Source: Harriotta raleighana (taxonomy: Eukaryota). From it: 64,000 nucleotides of DNA. The notes under the pieces were generated by a model. The model had not been told where the DNA came from, ran no database searches, and was given only the letters and a program-made list of their open reading frames with translations. Position numbers and translations under genes: made by a program. The stretch spans positions 2,433,959 to 2,497,958 of the forward strand of contig JBNZDD010013642.1 of the NCBI GenBank assembly GCA_050575255.1. The letters run 5' to 3'. This document shows, in pieces, positions 23,511 through 36,759 of the stretch (position 1 is the first letter of the stretch; every line of letters begins with the position of its first letter).

Positions 23511-26500
23511 AAATATGCTTTGAGACTCTATTAATGTCAATAACAACAACTTCCATTTATGGAGCACTTTCTCAGTATTTAAAAAAAATCTCAGAAGGGA
23601 TGTCGGTATAGGCATCAGGAGGAATAAATTCAATAGCATAGGAAGTAGAAATAACAAAATTGTAAGTAATATAATGGTGTATATATTCATTTGTTGCAGG
23701 AAAGATTATCATATGTGTACTATCATTTTAAATACTTTTGTGTATGACAAATAAAACATTTTACTCATCTGAGTTGAAACAGATATTTAAAAATATGTAA
23801 GGCTTTCAACTTTAGTTAATTAAAAAAAACACTGTTATCCTGTATTCTTTCTTAATTTTTGTGTGCTTTTGTTTTTTTTAAACATTCAACAAAACTAAAT
23901 AGAAATATTTTAGGTGCAGTACAACCAAAAAAACTGCAATTTTTAAAATTAATTGTCTCACCTCATATTAATTCTAAGAATATGAAAATTGCTAAATTAT
24001 AAATAAAATATATGCAAGGTATGATTTATATTTTCAAATGAATAGTTAAATATTTTAGATTGGGTTACATTTGATATTTTTATGGTTTTGAATGGGCCAC
24101 TTAGTAATACAGCAGACTTTTAAAATATGTCTTTGTTGAAAGAATACTGGTTTGTCAAGTTTTGATTAATATAAGTCTTTGAAAACTGCATAAGCCACAC
24201 GTATCCTAAAACCTCATTTTTAAAACATGTTAAATGTATTTAATTTTCTTGGTCGTTTTTCTCACACATCAGTTAATAAAAGTCCACTTTGTTCTGTTTA
24301 ATATCTCAGAAAGCTTTTGATCCAATAGTCTCTCTCTCTCTCTCTTTAATTCTGCTTTATTGAATTAAAATTTAGGAGTATTGGGAAAACTACTTTCATT
24401 TGTTTCTTTAAGAATTAAGTGATCCTATTAAAGACAGTGTCAGCATTACAATGCAACATTGTCATATTGTAAATGTATCAATGAACCTTTTATCCCATCT
24501 TCAGACCGAAGGCAGAGCTGTGCTTATTTCTCTTGCTCTTAACAAAATCATAGGAATGAGATTCAGTTAATGCCCAAATCTAATAACACCATCTTACTCA
24601 TATATACAGTAGCCCCTGTGAAAGAAATATTCATTATATTGTGAACCTTTATTACAGGCACCACTGTTTTACTTTAATACACTTTTCCAGACAAAAGGCA
24701 GATATATTTTAACAAATTATTGTTATTATTATTTTAACAAATTACAGTACTGCGGGGCTTTTTGGACCTTTGATATTTGACCTTTATGCGAAGATACAGT
24801 TTTTAAAATTCTGATCATAAAAACACCATGCAGACGGCACTTATAATGTGAAATCCCATCCTAAGGTCAGATCAAAAAGTTTCCTAGTGTTGGCAAATGG
24901 CACATGTAAGACAATCCTTCTCTTTTGCCTCGCCTACTATAGAACTTTTTGATAAACCATGTCTTCTGAAATAACATGCATTATGCATAGATATTCATAA
25001 GGGCAATGGAGTGATATCGAAGATAGCATTAGAAAGCATGGCAGCTCATAACACTTGCATGGACTAGTTGGGCTGAGTAGTTTGTTTCCATGTTGTAATT
25101 CTATGCAATAATTTCACTACCAATAGAAGCTTTAGAAAACACATAAACACATAATTTTTGCATGGGTTCCAAATCAAACAAGGTAAGAATTTTTTTAAAA
25201 TCTAATGTGCAACATATTTAATGTTGAGCTTAGTTTCATAAGTATCTGGAATTTTGGGATTTCAACAACAACCTCTTGCATTTATATTGTGCCTTTCATG
25301 CAGGGTAATGTCCCGGAGCTCAAATCAGTCTATTGCATGCTTGCCTAGGTCTTATATAACTTTATTGTTAAATCAAAATGATCTTGTTACTAATTAGCTG
25401 CTGACATTGAATGTAGAGTCCTGTTTATTGTCTATCCTGTCTTCAGTCACTGAAGTTCTGTTGATATATGTTTAGAATAACATAACATTGGCCATAACAT
25501 TGAATTCATAGCTGATTGTATGCAAATTGGCTCTTGCTTTTGCTCACCAAATACAAGACCACACACTTTACAGTAAATCCTGCAAAGTGCTTTGAGACGC
25601 CTCCGCAATATGGTTAGGTGCTATATAAAAATGCAACAATTATTATTCATTTAAAATGTTCTGAATACTTGTGTTAAGTTAAAGCAAGTTAAAAAGTGAT
25701 ACAATCATTTACTAAATTGTTAATATCTGGTGGGAACTGATTACATTTCTAGATCTTGAAAGATGGATTATATATGTCTCGTGAGTAAATTTACCAAATG
25801 TAGTGGTGTGCATTTATATTGAGATTTCTCATAATACAGTAATGTCATAATTCACCACCCCCCAAATCCCCCCCCCACCAAGTTTAATACATTTACTCAT
25901 AAGCAGAGAATACCCTGTAGTAATGAAGTAGCAAGCACATATTAAATAGCACATTGCAATAACATTTAAAGTATAGCTTCATTTCCATTAAAGAACAATT
26001 GAACTCTAGATGTGGATTACATTTATTTGTTGTTTCTGTTGAACTTTGAAATTTTTTAAAATGATCAAATGATTGGCTTTGTGGAGTTACAATTGTATTA
26101 AACTCTCAAAATGCAGTTCATTATCTCATGGTCCTCAAGTCATCATTTTATTTCAACTGTGTAGATGAATTATGCTCTCCCACTCTATTTGGCCACCTTA
26201 ATAACATTATGGTAGTTTCCTAGTTGATATTGGTGAAATTATAACTAGAAAGATAAAGGAGAAGATAAGCAGATTTTTATTTGCATAAAAAGGTTTCAGA
26301 ACACTTGTGCACAAATGGTATTGAAGTCAAATTCACAATAACATAAATAGGATAAATACTTGTGGAAAAATAATATTAGCTACAGGGAACGACTAGGGGA
26401 ATGAGTTACAGCATCAGTGGGGAGTCAGCACCACATTTGATGTGATTCTCTGTATGCAAAGTTTCCATGACTGTCTGTGCCTCTGCTTATATATTCTCTG

Positions 26501-26950
26501 TTGAAAGCCACAAAGAAGCCACATAAACACACCTTGGTTCACAAATAAGGGAGCGTGTACTGAATAGACTGGCAAAACTATGTTGTGGGGGTGAAGAAGA
26601 GATAAATAAACTTGTACAAAAATTTACAAAATACACTGAGATAACAGCTCTATTTAATGAAGGTGCTAGGCTTCAGAAATGTTCACTGTACCTTTTTCAA
26701 GGCTTTGTATGCAGTCAAAGTGCAACTTTGGTCCATAAACTTCACCAAGTAGAAAGCACATGTATATCTAACATCACTAAACAATTTTAATGAAATGATG
26801 GCAATTAGTCGGAATATGAGCTTTAAAGTGCTTGTAAGGAATCTCAGTGCCTTGGGATGTCCTCCCGAGGTGAATGCCACTCTATAAATGTAATTTAGCT
26901 TGTTGTTAATTACTATTGTGGAACTGAATATGAACCTTCTCATCCTGCAG

Positions 26951-27110
26951 GATTAGCAGCCTACAGCCCACATTGCTTTGTGCTTGAAGCCTGCACAATC
27001 GTTGGCTGTACAAACAGTTCCCTGGTCACCTTGCTCACAGCACAGCTGCCGTTTTCTCAAGTCGATGCACCTTCCCTGACCATCCTGGACTCGAGAAGCA
27101 TATACGTGCA
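26951..27110 (+). CDS. USH2A: Usherin exon (exon-33 equivalent)
   Basis: CCTTCTCATCCTGCAG acceptor, CA|GTAAGC donor, 160 nt, phase 1-2. Encodes GLAAYSPHCFVLEACTIVGCTNSSLVTLLTAQLPFSQVDAPSLTILDSRSIYVQ. Not in the ORF track on this strand. Confidence 0.94.
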
Positions 27111-28516
27111 GTAAGCAGGCTTTTCTACAGGCCATTCGTGTATGACATTATGTAACATTCTCCAGAGAGTTCAATTGGGATGGAGTTTGAGACAGAGAAT
27201 TTAATTTAAGATGATTAAATGCATCAAAGTGATTAGTTTAGTGATACTGTGAACCTTTGATTATCATTTGCTGTTCAGAAGCCAACTTAATATCCTTCCT
27301 GGATTCAAAGAAAATCGAGTTAAACTACCTGCATTTTGAAATGATGTGCTTTTGACTACAGGACTCGACTTCAGGAAGTAAAATGCGTCCATTTTCTTTC
27401 AAATTGTATCTTACTATTGTGTTTTATGAGATTTAGGTATATGTTAGGACGGGAGACCCAAAGCCTAGATCCATACATTTCTGTATAGCATTCGGCTCAA
27501 CTAGTCTGTGCTGGTTTTATACTCCACATGTGCCTCCACCCATTCTAATCCGCTCTCACTATCCTGACCATGAATTGAATGCATTAAACCTTGGGGAGAG
27601 CTGGCCTTCCCTTTCAAGGACGGTGCTGATATGACCTTTTTGCTGCACACTTCCCTGCACTTGACAGAGAATGACAATGCCCTTGAGAAATGGGAAGTTC
27701 TTTTAACAGAAGACAATCACTCACTCCTTGATTGGGGCGAGAGAGGGTGGTGGTGGTGGTGCTTGTTAGAACTCCCGTTGACCCATTACAAATTCCATTC
27801 CGGAAGTAGATCGCATTGGAGTGGAATTCTCATGGGTCAGCATGACATACACCCGGTTGCTTGAAGGAATCTCTCCCCATTCCCTCCTATTTAGCTGAAT
27901 CAGATGTTTTTTAAATTAAGGAACCTTGTTGAGAAATGCCAGAATTTTAACTTGCTAATATTTTAATTGACTAAATTATAGTAAGAAAGAACTGTTTTTC
28001 CAAGCTTTAAAAAGGTCAAGATTTAGGTGAAAACAAAACGCTTTTATTTCTAGTAAACATTTTTTTTTAAAAGTGGCATTATTATGGCCTAAGGTTGCTA
28101 GATCTAATATGTGAAATTATTAAAGGTAATAGATGATGAAATGTTAAACACTTGCTCTAATAATACCCTTGAGATACTCTTTTCAAATATATGTAGTCCC
28201 ATAATGGAACATCTGAAAATTATATAGAAATTTTCCTCTGGATTATGGAATTGACCTGTTTATAATAAAACTTGGAACATTTAGTTGCAGTTTTCATTAT
28301 GGGCACCAATGGCTTAGCACCATACTGTAATAGGATGGGAAATGAAAACAACAGATCAGTTATTTGTAAATAAAAAAAGTTATAGAATCCTATATGAAAA
28401 CCTAAAATAAATTGTTCCTAATGGTTGAACAAATCTATTACACCATCTGCACCTTAGTTCTTTCTCTACAGCTTGAGTCAGAACCTCACTGAGTTGTATT
28501 ATTCTGACAAATTTAG

Positions 28517-28688
28517 GTGGAGGGCACCAGCAGAAGTTAATGGGATTCTTGAGCGATACTTACTATATGTCTCAACCACTGAAGACAGTTTTAACACCAC
28601 AGATTTGGTGTATAACAGCTCCGACCCGTTTTGGGATTTTACCGTAAGACAACTGGTTCCTGGCACCAGATACTTTGTGAAACTGTCC
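28517..28688 (+). CDS. USH2A: Usherin exon (exon-34 equivalent)
   Basis: TTTAG acceptor, |GTGAGT donor, 172 nt, phase 2-0. Encodes WRAPAEVNGILERYLLYVSTTEDSFNTTDLVYNSSDPFWDFTVRQLVPGTRYFVKLS. A competing upstream acceptor lies at 28470-28471 (see findings). Confidence 0.92.
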
Positions 28689-29084
28689 GTGAGTATCATA
28701 TTTTGTTGAAATCAAAAATATTCAATGCAACTTTTATAGCAACAATGATTTGATTAAGATGTAAATGAGAGTGCCTGTGTGACTGATGGCACAGTAGTAA
28801 CTATGTCTGGACAATTGTAAAGATTTAGAATTTATGAAGTTGAAGGAAACTGAATTTTTAACCCAAGTTGTGACACTTGAAGGTTCTTTGCAAGTATGTT
28901 GATTTTTACCTAATTGAAATATTCGAAGTATCCTGGTTATTTCAAGTAATAACAGCTTGCAAAACGATAGATACTTTTATTTGGAAGTACAGTACTATAT
29001 ATTTCATTCTAAGGGAAAGAAAAATTACAATGTAATTCCTGTTGGCTGGGATCACAACTTTACCAACTAATTATAGAGCATTGT

Positions 29085-29359
29085 GGAGTCCTGTAACTCA
29101 GTGGTTGTGTGAGAAACCTGGATTCAATTCCAGGCAGGGTGAAACCTTTGGCAAATTTCCTTAGTCCACATGCTTAATAATAATCCCTAAAAAAAAAGTA
29201 ATAAATGCTTGTGGGATACTTCTGTGCACAATTGGCTGCCACGCTTTGCTCACAAATAGAGAGTCAACCCACTTCACAGTATATTCTGTGAAGCACTTTG
29301 AGACGTCTAGAAGACATGAAAAGCGCTATATCAAATGCAAGGTTTATTATTATTATTAT
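29085..29359 (+). mobile_element. SINE with internal deletions
   Basis: GGAGTCCTGTAACTCAGTGG ... AAAGCGCTATATCAAATGCAAGG. Confidence 0.88.
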
Positions 29360-29470
29360 GTGTCCAAATTTCCTGGTCTGGTAGGGTGAATGAGTTGGCT
29401 TTTTATATTGGTGTACTATTTTTTGCAACCATTGGTTTTCTAAGTCGTTTCACTTTTTGTTTACCATATA

Positions 29471-29904
29471 CAGTAAAAGCCCACATATACTGTATCCAGC
29501 ACCCTGACCGGTGCCGGTTAGTTGAATATGCCAGATATTGACCCTACTGGCGATCAAAGGGACACTGGGTTTATGTGACTGGCAGGGACCATTAGCCAAT
29601 CAGTGTACAGACCATTAGCCAGTCAGTGTACAGAGAGCAAGAGGGAGGTGGGAATTCAGGTACTATTCCCCCCAACCGTTGCAGCTGTTAATATGCTGAC
29701 CAGCGACTGCTTAGTTCACCTAAAGGTAGTGCCAGCCCTGCGTGCCGTTCGGTAAGTTTAATAAATGTGCAAAGTAAGCAAACCGCAAGTGTCCTGGATG
29801 GCTCTGGTATGAAATCTGGTTGCTTGAAGGGTGAATTGTATTGGGAGGTACTAGTTGGTTGAGTGTTCCGGTTGGTTGGGTGCCGCATAAACAAGCTTTT
29901 ACTG
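29471..29904. mobile_element. CAGTAAAA-TIR MITE, diverged
   Basis: TA|CAGTAAAAGCCC ... ATAAACAAGCTTTTACTG|CA. Internal 23-bp tandem GACCATTAGCCA(A/G)TCAGTGTACA x2. Confidence 0.72.
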
Positions 29905-30924
29905 CAGTACTTTTGATGCCCATCAGTAATCCATCACTACACTTTTAAAAATATATATATTTACAATGCAGGAGTGTGAGACCTAGGAAGGCTGGGGGGT
30001 ATAAAGGAAAGAGAATATCAATGAATTACTTTTATTATGAGAATGATTTGTCCAGTTTTTAGTCTTTTGGTTCCTTGGTTTTCTATCTCTGCATAGTCTA
30101 TGTAATCGTCTAATCATTTTACAAAACAAATCCTTATGCATAATTGAGCTTTGTAGGAACAAGACATATAGTCATTGAAAGTGTCTCTGATGTTAGAAAT
30201 TCTGTTGCTATCTTGTTCAAGGGTGTCAAATTAGAAACATTGCCTGCAGATGTTTTCAACCATGCAACAAACAACTGGGACTTTTCATCCAGATGCATTC
30301 ACACATCAGCGCTGAGCAAATCTACTTACCTGCTTAGAATTATAGATCTTTAGATAGGTTGCAGCACAGAAACTGGCCATTTGACCCATTGTCTCTGCAT
30401 TTTTTTTTCCATGTGAGACACTCCCAACCTATTCTCCTGCTCCCTTCCCATAACTTTTGAATTTCTTTCTCTTCAAGCATCCATGTAATTCTCTTTAAAA
30501 AGCATGTTGTGGCTTCAACTATGGTCTGTGGTGGAAAATTCCACTTTCCAACCATTCTCTGTGAAGAAGAGCTACAACAACAACAAAGGGAACAATATGG
30601 ATTTAAGTCAGGAGGAAATCTCAAAATGTCTCACCTAACTGACTGGAAGCCTGAGCTCTGAGGTGTATATGGTGGGGTGAGTGGGGTGGGGGGTGGAAAT
30701 AAAAGACCAGCTTAGACAAGCAAGTTATTTTATGTCAATTATCAGCTACCTTCTCTGAAATGTACCACTAGTTATCAAATGAATAGCTTTTTACTATAAG
30801 GTTTTTAAGTTTCCATTTATTTTCCTCCATGGATGAGGAGGTTCAATTGGCGAGCATGGAGTTCAATTCAGCAGTTCACCAATGTTCTTGCTACTCATCC
30901 GTTGTGAATACCATTGTACTGTCT

Positions 30925-31070
30925 GAGTGTGTGTGTCTTCATATGTATATGATGTGTATGATGGGTGTGTATGTGAGTGATGGGTGTGGTGTGTGTTGAG
31001 TGGGTGGGTGTGTGGGTGTGTGGTATGTGATGAGTGGGTGTGTGGATGCGGGTGGTGTGTGTGTGTGTAT
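30925..31070. repeat. TG/GGT-rich low-complexity tract
   Basis: Degenerate (TG)n and (TGGG) repeats. Confidence 0.8.
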
Positions 31071-32420
31071 GGTAATTGATAGGGAGAGGTCAGGCCCAGC
31101 TATGGCACACTCTATGCCTGATGGCCTGCTACCACTTACTGCCCAGGCTCGCAAATGGACAATGGTCAACGTGGATGGGCTAATGGACGTCAACCAGAGC
31201 CTACACAATGGCAACCAACAAGAAGACGGGATCAGGAGTAGCAAAAATCATTTTTTTAAAAATTGGACACAAGTTATTTTAAAAAAAATCCATAATCTTG
31301 TTTTAAATGATCTGATCTAATGTATGACACCTTCAAGTTAAAGGTTGTTACTTTGATTGTTTCAAATACTTTAAGCATTGGACAATTACCAAAATCAATC
31401 TTTCAACCTCTCTTAGTGCTTTTTTTTGCCTTCAGGAGCCACAAATTTAATGAACCTAAAGCTAGGTAATTATAATAAAGCAACTCCGAAGGTCATTAGT
31501 TATGAGGCGGTAGGTTTAATGTTACAAATGAGGATTGGTCCCAAACAAATCCTTTTTTTGTTCCCTCTTTTTTACCACCGAGCAACTAAAGTAGAAAATG
31601 AAAATGTAACAGTGATACAGTACTGGTTCTGGCTTCAGTTGTAGCTTGATGAGGATATTCATTTGCATGATATGAGCACTGTTATAAGGTCAAAATGAAG
31701 GGATTTCATTACCCAGTTCAAATGTATAAAGTCACTATGTAATTCATTTCCATTCAGTAACCTTTACATACTTTTTACAAACCATAGAGGAAATAACTGA
31801 ACCTCTCTGTCCCTTTAACACCCTTTCATTCTTTTTACCACAGAGTTCTCATTCCACACCATGCTTAACACTTCAGGTATTTTAATTTTTTTCCATTGTC
31901 ACATCACTGTATTTGTATTGATCAGAGAGCGAGGGAAAAAGTTTCTCTCCTAGTGCTATAAATCTTGATGTATGGTCTTGAGATTATTTTTAACTTTGAA
32001 TCTTGAATTAACACGGAAATTAACTATAAATCTCTGATTTATGTTCAGCTCTGCCTTCAAAATATGGATTAGCAGCAGAAAGGTCTCTCCAACATAGAGA
32101 TTTATGACCACTGAAATCTGTGTCATTCAGCGCACCACAATTTTGCGCTAGATGAACCAGATTTCATAGAAAATTCAGAAGACTAAATAACATAGAATCT
32201 CGTTAAACTTTAGGCACATTTGGAATGTCAGAACCCACTCCTCTTAACTTCCACAAGGTAAATCCAACAAAGAAACTTTTAGGCAGGAAATGTTTAGGTT
32301 TGACACATCAGCTAACATAATCCTCTTTGCAATTCTACACTGCACTTTGAGAGATCTTTGATGCACAATGAGTTCTCATTGAAAATCCTCAGCTGGTCAC
32401 CTGAAAAGTTATGCTAAAAT

Positions 32421-32650
32421 GTCACCCTTCAGATGAGATGTTATAACTGTTCAGATAGATGTTAAAGATCCATGGCACTACTCAAAAAGTAAAAGAAGGA
32501 TCTCTTGATGCCCTGGCCAACAATCCCCTAACCAAAATTAGACAGTTGTTTGTGGGACATTGTTATGTGCAATTGGGTTGCTGTGTTTACCTTCACTCCA
32601 CTTCACAGTAAATGTTGTGAAGCATTTTGCCCTCCCGACATCAAAGGTCC
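32421..32650 (+). mobile_element. Older Deu-domain SINE fragment
   Basis: TCAGATGAGATGTTA...TAAAGATCCATGGCACTA...CCCTGGCCAA...TTGTGGGACATTGTTATGTGCAATTGG. Confidence 0.72.
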
Positions 32651-33008
32651 TAAACCAAAATCATGAATTCTGATTAATAATTTTATTAGCTCTTCTGGAA
32701 TTAGTTTTCCTTTTCGCATTTAAATTCATCAACCCTTTCAAGGAATCAATGCAGCTGCGATCTGGAACTCATTTATTTTCAGTTCTTTTGTTTTCCCAAA
32801 ACCCCAAATGAACACAAATCAGTTAAAGAAAAAAAAAGCACTATTCCCTTCACCTTTTCCCTGAGCTCAGCGATCACTTTGTGTGCACAGATCATCAAAA
32901 CTTACACTCATCTCCCTGGGAAAAAGAAGAGAGATTGTTGATGCTTCAGCTTTTTCTCCCCTATTTTGCTGGCGTACAATTATTTATTTCATCACATTCT
33001 TAACATTT

Positions 33009-33295
33009 GGAAGTCCTGCAGCTTGGTGGTTAGTGTACTCTACTTGCAAATGAAAGACCTGTGTTTGGATTGCAGGCAAGTTTCCTTACTGATATTAATC
33101 CCTAAAATAAAAAAATAAAAATTGGTCATCTCAATCCACCCCTGCTTATGGGACACTACTGTGAGCAATTGGCTGCCGCATTTCACCCGCAAAATATAGT
33201 CAATTCACTTTATAGTATATTCTGTGAAGCGTTTTGAAACAACTAGAAGAGGTGAAAACTGCTATATCAAATGCTAGGATGATTATTATTATTAT
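33009..33295 (+). mobile_element. SINE, diverged
   Basis: Head, core and tail all recognisable. Confidence 0.87.
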
Positions 33296-34280
33296 TCATT
33301 GTATTGTCACACAATGTTGACTAATACAAAATAGATGTTCCAGCAATAATTTATCAACTATCATATTTAGTGTTTTGAACAAGCTTCTGTTTTAACTTCT
33401 AGCTACTTGTATTTCTCCACATCCCCACTTCTGGACATTACGCTGTTTAGCTTTCCATTCATTGTCATTCCATTCCCGTCAGCTTGACAATAACCAAACT
33501 AAGATTATGAATGGTTTGCTTGGCAACATATCATTTTCTCTTCTCTTGCAATGATGGGAGCATATGTTGAATAGTTTTTCAGTGATAATAAAGTTGCTCT
33601 CCGCACCATGAAGGCAGATGAAAAGCTGTGCTTTGTTCAGTCACATCTGTGCTTTTCGTTTGGTTACAATATATACCAGCCATTGCCCACTATTCTCTTC
33701 CGAATAGTCCTCCTGTAGAGAGATCCAGATGACAACTCCTTCTGCTGCTATGGACAAATACAGGTTGTGACTGTCATCAAACACATCTTGACAAAATTAA
33801 ACATCACTAAAGACAAACACAAAACTAACATATTTTACATGTGATATTGCAAACCACAAAGCCAGCCTTATTTAGTCAGTTTCTTGCTGGAACAGATGTT
33901 CCTTCAAAGCTTTCACTTTGTCTTATTTGCTATTCCCTTAGTACACAGGATAACATACAATGTGTTTCATGTCATGATCTTACAATTCAGAAATATTTGC
34001 TTGTCTTTGTTAGTAATATACAATAAACAGTGATATTTTGTTTTAAAAACAAAGGAATTGGTTAGCCAATGGAAATTAGAAACCTGTTTTCATGTCTACT
34101 TGTGTTATTCATGCTGTAAAACTGTTAACACGCGGGATATGCAGTTTGCCCCCATTAAATTAGTTGGATTCCAGGCATCTGAATAATAATAATATTAACC
34201 ATAATAATGATCTTTGCATTTGATTTAACATCTTATCACTTTGTTGAGATGCCTCAAAATGCTTCACAGAATGCAACATA

Positions 34281-35426
34281 CAGGTATCCCCCAATTTACG
34301 ACGGGGTTGCGTTCCTGAAAAATGGTATTCACATCGAAACATCGTAAATCGAAACGGGGTTTCCCGTGTGGTCCCATTATATAACCTGAGATGTGTTCTT
34401 TTCACAAAATTTTCGGACCTTAAACCTATTAAAAAACACACAAAACACATAAAATAACACACAAAACACACAAAATAACAAATAAAACTATCTACAGTAA
34501 AATTCCGATAATCCAGCATGTTCGGGACCTAGGCCGTGCTGGATTAGCAAATATGACAGATTATTGGACGTTACTCTTAGGGATGGGAGGATTTGAGTGT
34601 GCTGTGCTCTTATCTATGTTACATACCTGTAAATCGAAAACCAGAGCTCTCCCCACCCCCGCACAGGAAGCGGTCTGCCTAAAGAGGCATCGCACCTGCT
34701 GAAAATTAATTTTAAAAATAACAAAATTGTGCACGTGCGCGCACTTATTAAAGCCCGCATGCACACTTATTAAATGTGACATCCAGTGATGGGCCCCCAA
34801 GAAAAATGTGTTGAGTAGTGTGAAGGTTCTCTGGGAAGAGATGTGCATAAAGATGCGCATATTGGAAAAAGATGGACCGTTGCAGATGCCGGACTATAAG
34901 GCATTCCGGATTAACAGGTGCCGGATTAAAGGAATTTTACTTTATATAGTAATGTGAATGAATGCACCTTTCATTCCCTCTCTTTTTCTCTCTTCAGTCT
35001 CTCTGTTTTGATGTGTGTGTGTGTGTGTCTCTATCTGTATGTCTCTGTCTTTGTCAGTCTGTACTGTGTCATTGTGCTGCAATTGTTGTATGAGTGAGTG
35101 AATGAGTGAGAGAGAGAGACAGACAGGCAGGAAGACAGACGGATATTGGCCAATTCAAATGCTTGAATACACTTGAATCAGGTGCGACCATGATTTTACT
35201 GCAAAATATTCTATGTACTGAGTATGGACAAAAAAAACATGCCAAATCCGACTGTGATTTAATCACAAAATACACTATGTACTGCGCATGCGCATAAAAG
35301 ACGCGCCAAATTTTTGGGTCGTTAAAACTAAACCAAGTCTTGTATATCGATAAAAAGATGTTAAAAAATTATGTTCATTAAATCAAAACGATGCAAATAG
35401 AAGCGTCGTAAATCGGGAGTTACCTG
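34281..35426. mobile_element. Tigger-like MITE with CAGGT TIRs, inserted in a SINE tail and hosting a second MITE
   Basis: TA|CAGGTATCCCCCAATTTACGACG ... CGTCGTAAATCGGGAGTTACCTG|TA. Confidence 0.85.
34495..34942. mobile_element. CAGTAAAA-TIR MITE nested in the Tigger-like element
   Basis: TA|CAGTAAAATTCCGATAATCC ... GGATTAAAGGAATTTTACTT|TA. Confidence 0.78.
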
Positions 35427-35779
35427 TATTGTAAAGTGGATTGACTGTGTATTTTGCATGAAGCTCTTTGAGACATCCTTCTGACATGAAAGGTGCTACA
35501 TGAGTGTAAATTGTTACTTCCCTGCGAAAACTGTATATTGCAACCAGAAATGAAAAAGAATAGAGTGAATAGTGAGGTGTGGGAGAGAGAAAAAAACATT
35601 AAAAGTTAAAATGAAAAATTAATCGCATAGCAATTGTATACATGTATTTAAATAAAACAAAACCTGTACTCATTTTCAGAAACAAAAAAAGAAAGCTCTT
35701 GAGTCTTCTTTAACTGCATGAATCATGTTCTTGTGTTTCTTTTGTGCCAATTCTTTTCTGACATTATAGGAACACAGAC

Positions 35780-36070
35780 CATAGAAATTTACAACATAGA
35801 AAAAGACCATTTGGCCCATTGTGTCTGTGTTGGCACTTTTAAGAGCAGTCCTTTCAGTCCCATTTACCTCCTTCAGATCCATCCTCTTGTAGATAAGTCC
35901 TATTTAGGAGTCCTTTTGGCAAAGTACAATTTATCTTGTCCCCCTTTGAAAGCTAATATGGTTCTGCCTCAACACTGCTCCCGGCAGGACATTCTATATT
36001 CTAACTACTCTGTGTCTGAAGGAAAAAAAAATTCTCTTAACTTCCCATTTGCTAGTTTGCTTACCATCAA
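35780..36070 (-). mobile_element. Old CR1 3' fragment
   Basis: Degenerate reverse complement of the CR1 tail (CATAGAAATTTACAACATAGAA..GACCATTTGGCCCA). Similar relics at ~870-990, 26230-26470, 30350-30570, 39340-39660 and 51950-52110. Confidence 0.6.
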
Positions 36071-36443
36071 GCAACTAGCCCACTAGTTACTGTATTCATG
36101 GATTTACTCCCCAATCCTTTCTGTAAGCCTCCATGCACAAATCTAGATTGTAGCTATTTTAATAACAAATCCTGCAAGACAATCGGGAAAGAACACACTT
36201 AGCATCCACGGCTGAGAAGCTTTGCTTGAGAAATATTTGCAGCAATAACGTGTGTAAAAGAGCTTGAAGTGATATTTAAAGTGAAGAATAAGTAAGTACA
36301 GCTTGTACATAGCACTCGTTATGAAGCGGAAATCTAGTTTACTTTGGCAAAGCGGAAATGGAGATCTTGGTGGAGGTCAGAGTAGCAAGAATGGAAATCT
36401 ATTTGACACTGGATGGGCCTCCCATTGGCTCTAATACTACTGA

Positions 36444-36759
36444 TAATAATAATCATCATTCTTGCATTTGATATAGTGCTTTTCACATCTTCTAGACATT
36501 CTAAACCGCTTCACAGAATATACAGTGAAGTTAACTGACTGTATATTTTGTGGGTGAAATGTGGCTGTTAATTGCACACAGCAGTGTTCCACAAACAGTT
36601 GTGGATTGAGATAACCAATTTATTATGTTTTTTTGTTAGGGATTATTATCAGGCATGTGGAGTTAGGAAACTTGTCCCAGGTTTCACCCTGCCTGGAATT
36701 AAACCCAGGGCTCCCGCTTGCAAAGCGAGTGTTCTAACCACTGAGCTACAGGACTCCAC
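36444..36759 (-). mobile_element. Full-length SINE
   Basis: Reverse complement of head, core and tail. Confidence 0.9.

Noticed and set aside
31080-31240. GC-richer patch (also ~40860-41020) resembling an ancient SINE or a possible exon
   Set aside because: No usherin-like translation or convincing splice pair, and I could not assign a repeat family with confidence.
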